Assembly (NCBI GenBank): GCA_043770095.1
Contig: JAYVIR010000026.1
Coordinates: forward strand, 44,678-108,677
From: Eubacteriales bacterium
GTDB lineage: Bacteria; Bacillota; Clostridia; Peptostreptococcales; Acidaminobacteraceae
Reading direction: 5' to 3'
DNA length: 64,000 nt
Positions within the stretch are counted from its first letter, which is position 1. Each line of letters starts with the position of its first letter. A model generated the notes under the pieces. The model was not told the DNA's origin, ran no database searches, and saw only the letters and a list, made by a program, of their open reading frames with translations. The translations under genes were made by a program, and so were the position numbers. Shown piece by piece: positions 8,374 through 17,900 of the stretch.

Positions 8374-9654
8374 ATGAAGGGAATGATAACGGTGAAACAG
8401 AAAACAATTATACATATTGCGCTCTGCTTATTGGTATTGATGAGTGCGATTGTGCTAAGTGACAGCGCTTTTGCGGCTGAAAACACTTCTAATTACGACA
8501 AGATTCCTTTAAAGGTTTTAACGAGAACGACTACGGGTACTGCAGTCTATTTAAACGAAACGTTTCAGCCTGCTCATGATGGGTTTGTTCTGTTTAAGGC
8601 TTCGGATCTCTTTAAAGAGGCTTTGGACAAACATCAAATCAATTTAAAATCATTTGTAAAAGGCAAGGGCAGTTTTTATGCATTTGATAAAGGCGTGTTC
8701 GCAAATGGAAAACCGCTGATACAATCGGATGGTGAACTTTACTGCATGGTGGCAAATGACTATCAAGGCAGTTTGGGTCAGTTAATTGTACATGATGCTA
8801 AGGGCGTCTTTGTGTATGAGTATTTGCAGCGCATTGGCATAGATGGACACTATTTAATCGAATTGGCAAAAGGGTTGCCTAAATTGAGTGGGTTGGCTTA
8901 TGAAGACAACTTGATTTGGGTGAGTCGACAAAGTCCATATCCTGTAAACAATGTACTCGATTTAGGAAGTCTCGATAAAAATGGCATTCGAAGCACAAAA
9001 GCAATGAATGCTCAAAAAGAGGTTATTGCTCCACTTAAAGCACTTTTTGAGAAAGCAAAATCTTCGGCTCAAATCAACCTGCTTGTGGTAAGCGCGCAAA
9101 GAAGCGTCGCTTTGCAACAAGTGTTATTCACCAATAAAAGCAATACTTTACGCAAGCAAGGGGTCAAAGACCCAGATTCAATCGCACAAAAGAGTGTGAA
9201 TCCACCAGGATTTAGCGAGCATCATACTGGATTTGCGGTGGATGTGCTCTCGACTACCATCACAACTACCCAGGGTTTTTATAATTCAAAGCCTGCCAAT
9301 TGGTTGGAAAAAAATGCGCATTTGTATGGGTTTGTGGTGCGTTATCCAGAAGGGAAGACACCTGTAACGGGCATTATTCATGAACCGTGGCATTTGAGAT
9401 ATGTCGGCAAAACGCTTGCATCTGTTCTGGTACAAGAAAAATTGACCTTAGATGAGTGGATGATTCAGTCGCAAAAAGGGAAAATCTATCAAGATCAAAA
9501 AGGCCAGTGGCACTATTTTTTAGTGTATCCTAAAAAGAATCCAGTCGCGATGTTTTTACAACCAGAGAAGTTTAAATCTGTTGTTAGATATATGATAAAC
9601 GCTGATTTAGAAGGTTTAGACTTTATCCTAAATGTGGAAGAAGGCGCAAAATGA
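8374..9654 (+). CDS. VanY-type D-alanyl-D-alanine carboxypeptidase (M15B) with extra N- and C-terminal domains
   Basis: Signal peptide. Zn ligand motifs SEHHTGFAVDV and HEPWHLRYVG are typical of the VanY/M15 family. Confidence 0.7.
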   Translation: MKGMITVKQKTIIHIALCLLVLMSAIVLSDSAFAAENTSNYDKIPLKVLTRTTTGTAVYLNETFQPAHDGFVLFKASDLFKEALDKHQINLKSFVKGKGSFYAFDKGVFANGKPLIQSDGELYCMVANDYQGSLGQLIVHDAKGVFVYEYLQRIGIDGHYLIELAKGLPKLSGLAYEDNLIWVSRQSPYPVNNVLDLGSLDKNGIRSTKAMNAQKEVIAPLKALFEKAKSSAQINLLVVSAQRSVALQQVLFTNKSNTLRKQGVKDPDSIAQKSVNPPGFSEHHTGFAVDVLSTTITTTQGFYNSKPANWLEKNAHLYGFVVRYPEGKTPVTGIIHEPWHLRYVGKTLASVLVQEKLTLDEWMIQSQKGKIYQDQKGQWHYFLVYPKKNPVAMFLQPEKFKSVVRYMINADLEGLDFILNVEEGAK

Positions 9655-12155
9655 GCATTATAATAAGAACTAAAAAAGTAGTGGCGTGGACGTTGCTCAT
9701 CGCTATGAGTATGGCGGTTGTGCCAAGTCAGGGGTTTGCAGAAACCACGCTCACATCTCCTTCAAGTATTACAATCGAAGATCAGCAGAAAAAAAGGGTA
9801 GAAGTATTGCCACTTCAAAATGCGGGACAATATATTTTGAAAGATGCCGATCAAAAACTCTACTGGATGGATGCAAATGAACAAGTTTTTAAAATTTGGG
9901 ATGAGCCCATACTAGGACTTCAAATTGTTCAAGGTCAAGTATATTGGCTAAATCAAAAGGATAAAAAACTGTATGAGTGGAATGGGCGTTTGGCATCTGC
10001 AAAGTTGCTTAAACAGTTGCCTGAGCAAACCATTCATTTCTTTGTAGGTGATAAAATAACCTATTCTACTGTAGATGGCATATATGCGATTGATGGTTCA
10101 AATCAACCACAGGTGATCTTTGCAGGAGAAGCGCATCAAATTCAAGTGTTTAATAAAACTATTTACTTTATAAACGGAGCGGGTGGCATTTTTGAAATGA
10201 AAGAGAATTTGCCGGCAAAACTGCTTGCAAGTGGCCCGTATACGCAGTACCAATTGGGATCAGACGCCATGTTTGCTTTTAATCAAGCCACTGGGAAATT
10301 GGACAAAATTTCACTGGCAGATGGGAAGACGACAACCATTTATCATAGTGGCATACGATTCTTTGACATCGACCAAGATCATATTTACTTCATATTAGAC
10401 AACAATACGGAAGCTTTAAACCTGATACAAAAAGATTTAAAAGGGTCATATACATTTGTTCAAATTGATAAATTAATGGACATCAATGTCTCACAAGGCC
10501 AAGTAACCTTACTGACTCAAAGCGGACATTTTATTGAGGGTAAAGCTGATTTAGGTGGGCTGCTTGTAAAGGAAAGTCTAAAAAGCAGAAAACTTCTTAT
10601 TTCTGGCGTATTTGAAGAAACGGTCAAAGAGCCTCCTGTAATAGTGCCGCCAGTCGCACCTATAACACCACCAGTCGTTACACCAGTAACGCCGCCAGTC
10701 GTTACACCGGTAACGCCGCCAGTCGTTACGCCAGTAGTGCCAACCAAACCAAGCGCGCTTCTTTGGAATTTTGGCGATAAATATACCGATATTGAAGGCG
10801 TTTTGACGTTCAGAGGTGGCAATTACAGACAAAATGCGGCTTACGGCAACGTGAAAACACCTATCACGGGGATTCAAAAAATGTGGCAGGCCAGTATTCC
10901 TTCAACAGGCTCTATGTGGGGCGGCGGAAGTGGTTGGACGGGTCAGCCGTTGCTAATTAAGTGGCCAAGAGACACGAAGAAATTCATGAACATTTCTCAA
11001 AACTATAGAAATGATGATTCTTTTGTAGAAGTCATTCAAGCATCGCTTAATGGAACGGTCAACTTTTTTGATTTAAAAACAGGCAAGCGGACAAGACCGG
11101 TGATTAAAATTGGCAACTCCATTAAAGGAACGCCTTCTTTAGACAGCACAGGGCTTCCAATCCTCTATGTAGGCGATGGCATCAAAGAAAGTGATCGCAT
11201 CGGCTTTAGACTCTTCAACTTAATCAATCAAAAGGAAATTCATTTTGAAAATGGATTCAATTCAAAAGCGCCTAGACGTTGGCCTGCCTTTGATGGTTCG
11301 GCCTTGTTTACGCCAGATGGTAAATGCCTGTTGGCGGGCGGAGAGAACGGGTTGCTGTATCAAATGAAATTGAACGCCGTGTTTAACGCAAAAAATGGTG
11401 CTTTAAGCATTGCGCCTAAAGTTACGACCGTAAGTTCTGCGTACAGCAAAGGGAAATATGTTGCTCAACCAAGACTTGGCATGGAAAATTCTGCGGCTGC
11501 TTATAAAGACTTGCTCTTTATCTCAGACAACAGCGGCTATATTAGATGTTATAATTCCAAAATGACTGAAGTGTGGCGGTATAAGAATTTAGATGACACG
11601 GATGCCAGTATTGGTATAGAAGTAGAAAATGGAAGACCAATGCTTTATAGTGGATGTGAAGTCGATCATCAAGGCAAAGAAGGTAATTCAAGAATTATCA
11701 AATTGGATGGACTGACAGGGAAAGTTGTTTGGTCTAGAACCTTTAAATGCTATTCACTCTTTGGAGAAAGCCCATCAAACGGTGGCATGGTTTCTTCACC
11801 AATTGTCGGCAAAGGCCAAATGTCGGATCGTATAGTTCTTACGCTGTGCAGAACGCCAAAGCTTACATCTGGGCTCATGATGGCACTTGATAAAAAAACA
11901 GGCAAGACGATTTGGCAATACCAAATGCCAACATATGCATGGCCTTCTCCTGTTGCGGTGTACGATGAACACGGTAAGGCGTATATTTTCCAAAATGATC
12001 GACTTGGGAACCTCAGAATTGTAGATGGCGCTAGTGGGAAACTTATTTCGGCTCAAAAGATAGACAGCTATCTTGAGGCATCACCAGTGGTATATAACAA
12101 TTTGATGGTCTTTACATCTCGTACAGGAAAAATGTATTGTTTTAAATTGATTTAA
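9651..12155 (+). CDS. Large secreted repeat protein: N-terminal propeller-like repeats, Pro-rich PPVVTPVT linker, C-terminal PQQ/BamB-like beta-propeller
   Basis: The start ATGA overlaps the VanY stop (translational coupling). Recurrent YW/YF/YEW repeat units (QKLYWMD, KKLYEWNG, TIYFINGAG). The linker is PPVIVPPVAPITPPVVTPVTPPVVTPVTPPVVTPVVP. The C-terminal third has PQQ-like repeat spacing (KVVWS..., KTIWQYQ...). Confidence 0.55.
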   Translation: MSIIIRTKKVVAWTLLIAMSMAVVPSQGFAETTLTSPSSITIEDQQKKRVEVLPLQNAGQYILKDADQKLYWMDANEQVFKIWDEPILGLQIVQGQVYWLNQKDKKLYEWNGRLASAKLLKQLPEQTIHFFVGDKITYSTVDGIYAIDGSNQPQVIFAGEAHQIQVFNKTIYFINGAGGIFEMKENLPAKLLASGPYTQYQLGSDAMFAFNQATGKLDKISLADGKTTTIYHSGIRFFDIDQDHIYFILDNNTEALNLIQKDLKGSYTFVQIDKLMDINVSQGQVTLLTQSGHFIEGKADLGGLLVKESLKSRKLLISGVFEETVKEPPVIVPPVAPITPPVVTPVTPPVVTPVTPPVVTPVVPTKPSALLWNFGDKYTDIEGVLTFRGGNYRQNAAYGNVKTPITGIQKMWQASIPSTGSMWGGGSGWTGQPLLIKWPRDTKKFMNISQNYRNDDSFVEVIQASLNGTVNFFDLKTGKRTRPVIKIGNSIKGTPSLDSTGLPILYVGDGIKESDRIGFRLFNLINQKEIHFENGFNSKAPRRWPAFDGSALFTPDGKCLLAGGENGLLYQMKLNAVFNAKNGALSIAPKVTTVSSAYSKGKYVAQPRLGMENSAAAYKDLLFISDNSGYIRCYNSKMTEVWRYKNLDDTDASIGIEVENGRPMLYSGCEVDHQGKEGNSRIIKLDGLTGKVVWSRTFKCYSLFGESPSNGGMVSSPIVGKGQMSDRIVLTLCRTPKLTSGLMMALDKKTGKTIWQYQMPTYAWPSPVAVYDEHGKAYIFQNDRLGNLRIVDGASGKLISAQKIDSYLEASPVVYNNLMVFTSRTGKMYCFKLI
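10671..10741 (+). repeat. Three tandem about 24-bp DNA repeats (ccagtcgttacaccagtaacgccg) encoding the PPVVTPVT linker
   Basis: Direct reading. Three near-identical tandem copies lie inside the 9651..12155 CDS. Confidence 0.8.
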
Positions 12156-12193
12156 CGTATGGGTTACGTTTACTTGATTCAACTGGAAAAAAG

Positions 12194-12221
12194 GTAACGT
12201 TAAAAAAGTAACGTTAAAAAA
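12194..12221. repeat. Tandem 14-bp direct repeat (gtaacgttaaaaaa)x2, each containing an AACGTT palindrome
   Basis: Direct reading of the intergenic region upstream of the M23/LysM peptidase gene. Confidence 0.6.
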
Positions 12222-12269
12222 GAGGACAATAATAAACAAAGTATGATATACTCTATTAAGTAATATTAC

Positions 12270-12286
12270 TGTAACATTACTGTAAT
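12270..12286 (+). promoter_or_regulatory. WalR (YycF)-type direct repeat TGTAAC-N5-TGTAAT upstream of the M23/LysM peptidase gene
   Basis: Exact fit to TGTWAH-N5-TGTWAH. It lies about 45 nt upstream of a TTGCAC-16-TAAAAAT promoter and 84 nt upstream of the start codon. It also contains the 6-1-6 palindrome CATTACtGTAATG. Confidence 0.45.
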
Positions 12287-12369
12287 GTTTCAAAGTGATT
12301 TCTTAATGAAGACATTCGAGCGTTTCCATTGCACAATGCTTCAAAGACACTAAAAATAGGAGAACAACT

Positions 12370-13731
12370 ATGTATTTTGGAGCTCAGCAGAAAATGAAAA
12401 CGCAGAAAGCGATCAAGTCATTTTTCCAAAAAGCAACAAGAGATCATAAATATATATCATCTTTGTCAGTCGCAACTCTTGTACTTGTTACATCGGGAAT
12501 AATCGTTTTTAGTAAAATACCAGGACTTGAAGTAGAACAAACGGTTGTCGGATTAGACCAGTCTCAGTGGGTATTAAGCCAAGAAAACATGCACGCTGTA
12601 CCAAGTGAGTCAATCATTGCAAATGTGAAGAATGATTCAGGACTTAAGCCGTTTAGCCTTGAAACTGCAATTGAAGATGTGGCAACCTATGCACAGGTGG
12701 CGCTTAATGGTTACACCATTAGCATAGATCACCGAGAAATTGGTTTTTTTAAAAGTGAAATGGACACTCAAAAGGTGCTTGAAAGTTTCAAAACGCCTTA
12801 TGTCAAACCAAGTGTGACGGATATTTACTTTAAAGAGCAAGTGGAGAGTAAGTTTTTAAGAAGACTGGCGATTAACTTCTCGGGGTACTCGGATCAAGCA
12901 AGTGCCATTAACTACTTAAAAAAAGGTTCAGAGGTAATAAAAACGCATAAAGTACTTGAAGGTGAAAGTTTCTGGGCAATTGCAGAGGCAAATCAAATCT
13001 CAGTCGATAAGTTGATCAGTGCTAACCCTAATTTGGTGCCAGAACGTATCAAAGCAGGAGATGTTCTCAATTTAGTCGCACCAAAATCATTTTTAACGGT
13101 TTGCACAGTGGAACAACTCAAATATACGGAGAACATTCCGTTTGATATTCGTTTTAAAGACGATTCGAAAATGTTTAAAGGTCAAACGAAAGTTGTTGTT
13201 GCAGGTGTTACAGGAACAAAAGCCATTGAAGTAAAATTGATTAGCGAAAATGGGAAATTGCTTAATAAGCAAATACTCAATGAGAAAGTTGTCGCTCAGG
13301 CGTCAACTCAATTTGTAAATAAAGGCATCAAAGCATTACCTTCTACAGCACCAACAGGTAAATTCGCAAAACCTTTCAGCCGTGGCGCATTTTCATCTCC
13401 ATTTGGAAGAAGATGGGGCAGAATGCATAAAGGTGTTGACTTCAACATGCCAACGGGTTCAAATATTTTTGCTGCCGATGGCGGTAAAATTGAAAAAATA
13501 AGCTTTGAGAAAGATGGATATGGACTTCATGTCATTGTCAACCATGGCAATGGTTATAAAACCGTCTATGCCCACACAAGCAAGATTCTTGTGAAGGTAG
13601 GCGACAAAGTGTCCAAAGGACAGCAAATTGCTTTAAGCGGCAGTACCGGCAGAAGCTATAGCCCGCATTTGCACTTTGAAGTTTATAAAAATGGGACGCC
13701 TGTTAACCCACTTGGCTATATCAGCAAATAA
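12370..13731 (+). CDS. M23-family peptidoglycan endopeptidase with LysM domain
   Basis: N-terminal TM anchor. LysM (GESFWAIAEANQISVDKLISANPNL). The M23 catalytic motifs HKGVDF and SPHLHFEV are at the C-terminus. Confidence 0.8.
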   Translation: MYFGAQQKMKTQKAIKSFFQKATRDHKYISSLSVATLVLVTSGIIVFSKIPGLEVEQTVVGLDQSQWVLSQENMHAVPSESIIANVKNDSGLKPFSLETAIEDVATYAQVALNGYTISIDHREIGFFKSEMDTQKVLESFKTPYVKPSVTDIYFKEQVESKFLRRLAINFSGYSDQASAINYLKKGSEVIKTHKVLEGESFWAIAEANQISVDKLISANPNLVPERIKAGDVLNLVAPKSFLTVCTVEQLKYTENIPFDIRFKDDSKMFKGQTKVVVAGVTGTKAIEVKLISENGKLLNKQILNEKVVAQASTQFVNKGIKALPSTAPTGKFAKPFSRGAFSSPFGRRWGRMHKGVDFNMPTGSNIFAADGGKIEKISFEKDGYGLHVIVNHGNGYKTVYAHTSKILVKVGDKVSKGQQIALSGSTGRSYSPHLHFEVYKNGTPVNPLGYISK

Positions 13732-13768
13732 TGCGTGCGCCAATAAAGGGTAAATCAAATAGAAAGTT

Positions 13769-13807
13769 AGACCTCTTACAACTGTTAAAAGTAAGAGGTC
13801 TTTTTTA
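13769..13807 (+). terminator. Strong Rho-independent terminator (agacctcttac ... gtaagaggtct + TTTTTT)
   Basis: Perfect 11-bp stem followed by a T-run. Confidence 0.8.
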
Positions 13808-13875
13808 TTGTGTTTTTATTAGCGACAACAGTTGAATTAAAGACTCAACTCTTAATAGAAGCTATTTTAACGGCG

Positions 13876-14793
13876 TTAGTCATTAGAACCTGTGCTGTAA
13901 AATAACCGAAGCGCCTCTATCGCTGAAGCGGTCGCAGGGGTTAGCGGCATTTGCGAATGCTTGACGATATAAACGGACGTGGTCGGGATTTTCTCAGGTA
14001 TGGGGATGACCTTGAGGTTTTGGTCAGCCCATTTACTCAGCGCCATCTTAGGCACAAACCCTACCCCAATGCCAATGCTCGCCATTTCTAAGATTAGTTC
14101 CACGCTGCCCCCTTCAAACTCGGGCAGCCAAGGGACTTTTTTTTCTGCCAAAAATCGATCGAGCAGCCTGCGCGTGGTCGATTTTGGTTCTAAGGTGATG
14201 AGGGTGCAACGGCTGAGTTTTTTGAGCGTAACCTTCTCACGCTTAAGTCCATATGCTTCTAGCACAGCATCCGTTGCCACGAAGACATTCTCGGTTTCCG
14301 TTAGGGGATAGACGGTTAGGCGCTGAGTCTCGAGTGTTGCCTCGTAGTTTACCACGGCAAAATCAATCTCGCCCTTTTGAACAAGCTCAGAAGAAATGGG
14401 CGATGGGCGGTTGTTGATGGTAATGCGAATGAGTGGGTGTTTTTCATGGAAGCTTTTGATATAGGGCAGCAGTAAAAATCGGCTGATGGTGTCGCTCGCA
14501 CCGAGGCGTATACTGCCAGAGTGGAGCTGGTTCATGTCTCTGAGAGTCGCTGCGCCTTTGTCTAGCAGTCGGATGGCGGGTTCAACGTGCTCAAGCAGAA
14601 TTTCACCCTCTCTGGTGAGCTTGACCCGTCGTCCGTCTTTATAGAAAAGTTTGACTTCTAAAGCGTCTTCGAGTAGACGGATGGTTTGACTCACGGCAGA
14701 TTGGGTAACGAATAACTCAGCGGCTGCTTTTGTATAACTTAAATGAATGGCCGCGGCGTAGAATACTTTGTACCACTCATATTGCAAATTCAT
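13876..14793 (-). CDS. LysR-family transcriptional regulator, divergent from purL
   Basis: N-terminal HTH (YTKAAAELFVTQSAVSQTIRLLE) and a LysR substrate-binding domain. 305 aa. Confidence 0.85.
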   Translation of the reverse strand: MNLQYEWYKVFYAAAIHLSYTKAAAELFVTQSAVSQTIRLLEDALEVKLFYKDGRRVKLTREGEILLEHVEPAIRLLDKGAATLRDMNQLHSGSIRLGASDTISRFLLLPYIKSFHEKHPLIRITINNRPSPISSELVQKGEIDFAVVNYEATLETQRLTVYPLTETENVFVATDAVLEAYGLKREKVTLKKLSRCTLITLEPKSTTRRLLDRFLAEKKVPWLPEFEGGSVELILEMASIGIGVGFVPKMALSKWADQNLKVIPIPEKIPTTSVYIVKHSQMPLTPATASAIEALRLFYSTGSND

Positions 14794-14900
14794 ACATTAG
14801 TTCTCCTTATAGAATACATTAGAATGATTAATTATGATTATATAAGAACGGGTGTTAAAATGATAGTAGGAAATCACAAAATGATGGAGGTAAGGGAATC

Positions 14901-17900
14901 ATGGTGAAAAGAATATTGGTGACAAAGCGTCCTGAGCTCGATGTAGAAGGGACTTCACTTTACAAGCAAATACGTGAATTTTTACAAATAGACAGCATTG
15001 AAAAAGTGACCGTTTATAACGGCTACGACGTAGAAGGATTAAATGACTTAGAAATTGATAAGGCAATCGAATGTGTCTTCTCAGAGCCAAATGCAGATTT
15101 TGTGTCAGAGCAAATTACACTTGAAGCAGGAGAGCAGGTTGTCTTTTTCAAACTCCTTCCGGGTCAATATGACCAAAGAGCGGATTCGGCAAAGCAGTGC
15201 ATCGCCATTCTTGGACTTGGTCAAAATGTTGGACTTCAGTGTTTTAGAGCGGTTGTGTTAAAAGGAAATCCTACGCCAGAAGCGTTAAACAGCATTAAAA
15301 AGTTCTTGATCAACCCAGTGGAAGCGCTCGAAATTCCTGCTCAGGCACCTCTTTCAACGGCGGTTATTTTGCCAGTTCCAAGTGACATCCATCGCTACGA
15401 CGGCTTCAATCAAATGGACGAAGCGGCGCTGGAAGCTTTCATCAAAGGGGAAGGCCTTGCAATGAACGCAGAAGACTTAAAAATGGTTCAAGCGTATTTC
15501 CAATCAGAAAAAAGAGAACCTTCAAATACAGAGATCAAAGTACTGGACACTTATTGGTCGGATCATTGCCGTCACACGACTTTCACAACCGAGATTACTG
15601 AGGTGACGTATGGTGAAACGGGTGAAACTTCTGCCTATAGCGCGCTTCTTGCAAAAGCAGAAAAAGAATACCATGACATGCGCCAGTTGGTTTACGGTGA
15701 GCGTGCGAAGACTAGACCAGTTACTTTAATGGATCTTGCCACCATCAACGCAAAGTATTTAAAGAAGCAAGGTAAACTCTCAGACGTGTTGGAATCTGAA
15801 GAAATCAATGCGGCGACCTTTGAAACTGAGGTTACTTTTGAAGACGGCAGCAAAGCGCCTTACTGGATCTTGTTCAAAAATGAAACGCACAACCATCCAA
15901 CGGAAATTGAGCCTTTCGGCGGTGCGGCGACGTGTCTTGGCGGTGCGATTAGAGACCCACTTTCAGGCAGAGCACTGGTTTACCAAGGGATGCGTATTAC
16001 AGGCGCAGCGGATCCGAGAGCTTCTTTGGAAGAAACTTTGGCTGGAAAATTGCCGCAGCGTGTCATTACGAGAGGCGCGGCAAAAGGCTTTAGCAGTTAC
16101 GGCAATCAGATCGGCCTTGCAACGGGCTTGGTTAGAGAATATTACCACGACGGTTTCCTCGCTAAGCGCATGGAAGTCGGCGCAGTGGTTGGCGCAGTTC
16201 CGAAAGATCAAGTGCGCAGAGAAAGTCCGGTTTCAGGCGATGTCATTCTTCTCATCGGCGGAAAAACAGGCATTGACGGCTGCGGCGGTGCAACAGGTTC
16301 ATCGAAAGAACATGATGAAGCGTCACTTGCTACTTGCGCATCAGAAGTGCAAAGAGGCAATGCGCCTGAAGAGCGAAAACTTCAAAGACTCTACAGCAGA
16401 GCAGACTTTGCGGCTCTTGTGAAAAAGTCCAACGACTTTGGTGCAGGTGGCGTATCGGTTGCTGTTGGAGAACTTGCAGACAGCTTGATCATCAATTTAG
16501 ACGCAGTCAGATCAAAATATGAAGGCCTTGATGGCACTCAGCTTGCCATTTCAGAGAGCCAAGAGAGAATGGCAGTCGTGGTGTCTCCAAAAGATGCGGC
16601 GGCGGTAATCGCTTTATCGGCTTCAGAAAACTTGGAAGCTTATCAAGTGGCAGAAGTGACGGACAGTGGCTATTTGACAATGACTTGGAAAGGCGACACC
16701 ATTCTTCATTTAAAGAGAGCCTTTGTGGAAACCAATGGTGCAAAGCGTGAGCAAAGCGTTGTGGTTAAAACCGAGACGCCAGATGTGGACGCTGCCCTTA
16801 AAAATACGTTAAAAGAGAAAAAATCCTTAAAAGCAGTGGTAGACAATTTGGCTCAGAGCCTTAACTTCTGTTCGCAAGAAGGTTTGGTTGAAATGTTCGA
16901 CAACAGCGTGGGTGCACTTTCAGTACACATGCCATTTGGCGGCAGAAGACAAAAGACGCCAACGCAGGCAATGGTCAGCAGAATTCCTGCCTATGAAGTA
17001 CACGGCAAAAATGTTACGACGGCAACGGTTATGGCAGCCGGATATGACCCAGAAGTTCTCAGCGCAGACCCATTCAGCGGCGGCGCAAAATGCACCGTAG
17101 AAGCCTTGGCAAAAGTGATTGCTGTCGGTGGCGAGCTTGGCAAGGTGAAATTCTCTATGCAAGAGTATTTTGAGAAACTCGCAGACGATCCTAAAAAATG
17201 GGGCAACCCTTACAAAGCTCTTCTTGGAAGCGCTTATGCCTTAAAAGGACTTGAACTATGTGCCATTGGTGGTAAAGATTCCATGTCAGGGACGTTCAAA
17301 GAAAAAACAGTGCCGCCCACTTTGATTGCGTTTGCGGCAACGGTAGCTGAATCGGAACATGTGGTTTCGCCAGAATTCAAGGCTGAAAATGAAGCTCTTT
17401 ATTTAATCGATGTCGACAAAGACGCTTTTGGCATTCCAAACTTTGAAAATTTGAAAACGGTGTATGCGCTCTACGGCAAACTCATCGCGGCAGATGTCAT
17501 CGGTTCGGCAATGGCGCTTGAACAAGGCGGCCTCCTTGGCGCACTCATCAAAATGAGCTTTGGCAATCAAATTGGTGTCCAAATGGCACCAGGCTTTGCT
17601 CTAATGACAAACGAATGGCTGCAGGCACGTTATGGTGCCCTTGTGTTTACCATCAAAACAGAAACATCGATTAGCCCTGAGGCACAAGCCTTGGTCAGTG
17701 AAACTTTAGGCTTATTAATAGATATGGGACTTGCAAACAAATTTGGTAAGACGATAGCGACTTGGAGCCTTGAGACTGGAAAAGAGTCCATTGCTTTAGG
17801 CGATGTAGAGAAAATATGGGAAGCACCGCTTTCTGAAATATTCCCAAGAGTCAAAGACGCTACAGGTGAAGCGCTCGTTAGCGGACTTGTTGGAACGTAT

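Noticed and set aside
10671-10741. Tandem 24-bp repeats considered as a possible CRISPR or minisatellite.
   Set aside because: They lie in frame within a CDS and encode a PPVVTPVT linker. There are no unique spacers and no flanking leader or cas genes.
15808-16422. 204-aa + strand ORF inside purL, plus many 60-150 aa ORFs on either strand inside annotated genes (for example 605..790, 1809..2096, 10517..10877, 16920..17206, 36203..36806, 39380..39990, 46774..47166).
   Set aside because: They are fully embedded in genes with strong family-level support, in other frames. They lack RBSs and have low-complexity or Arg/Ser-rich composition typical of out-of-frame translation.
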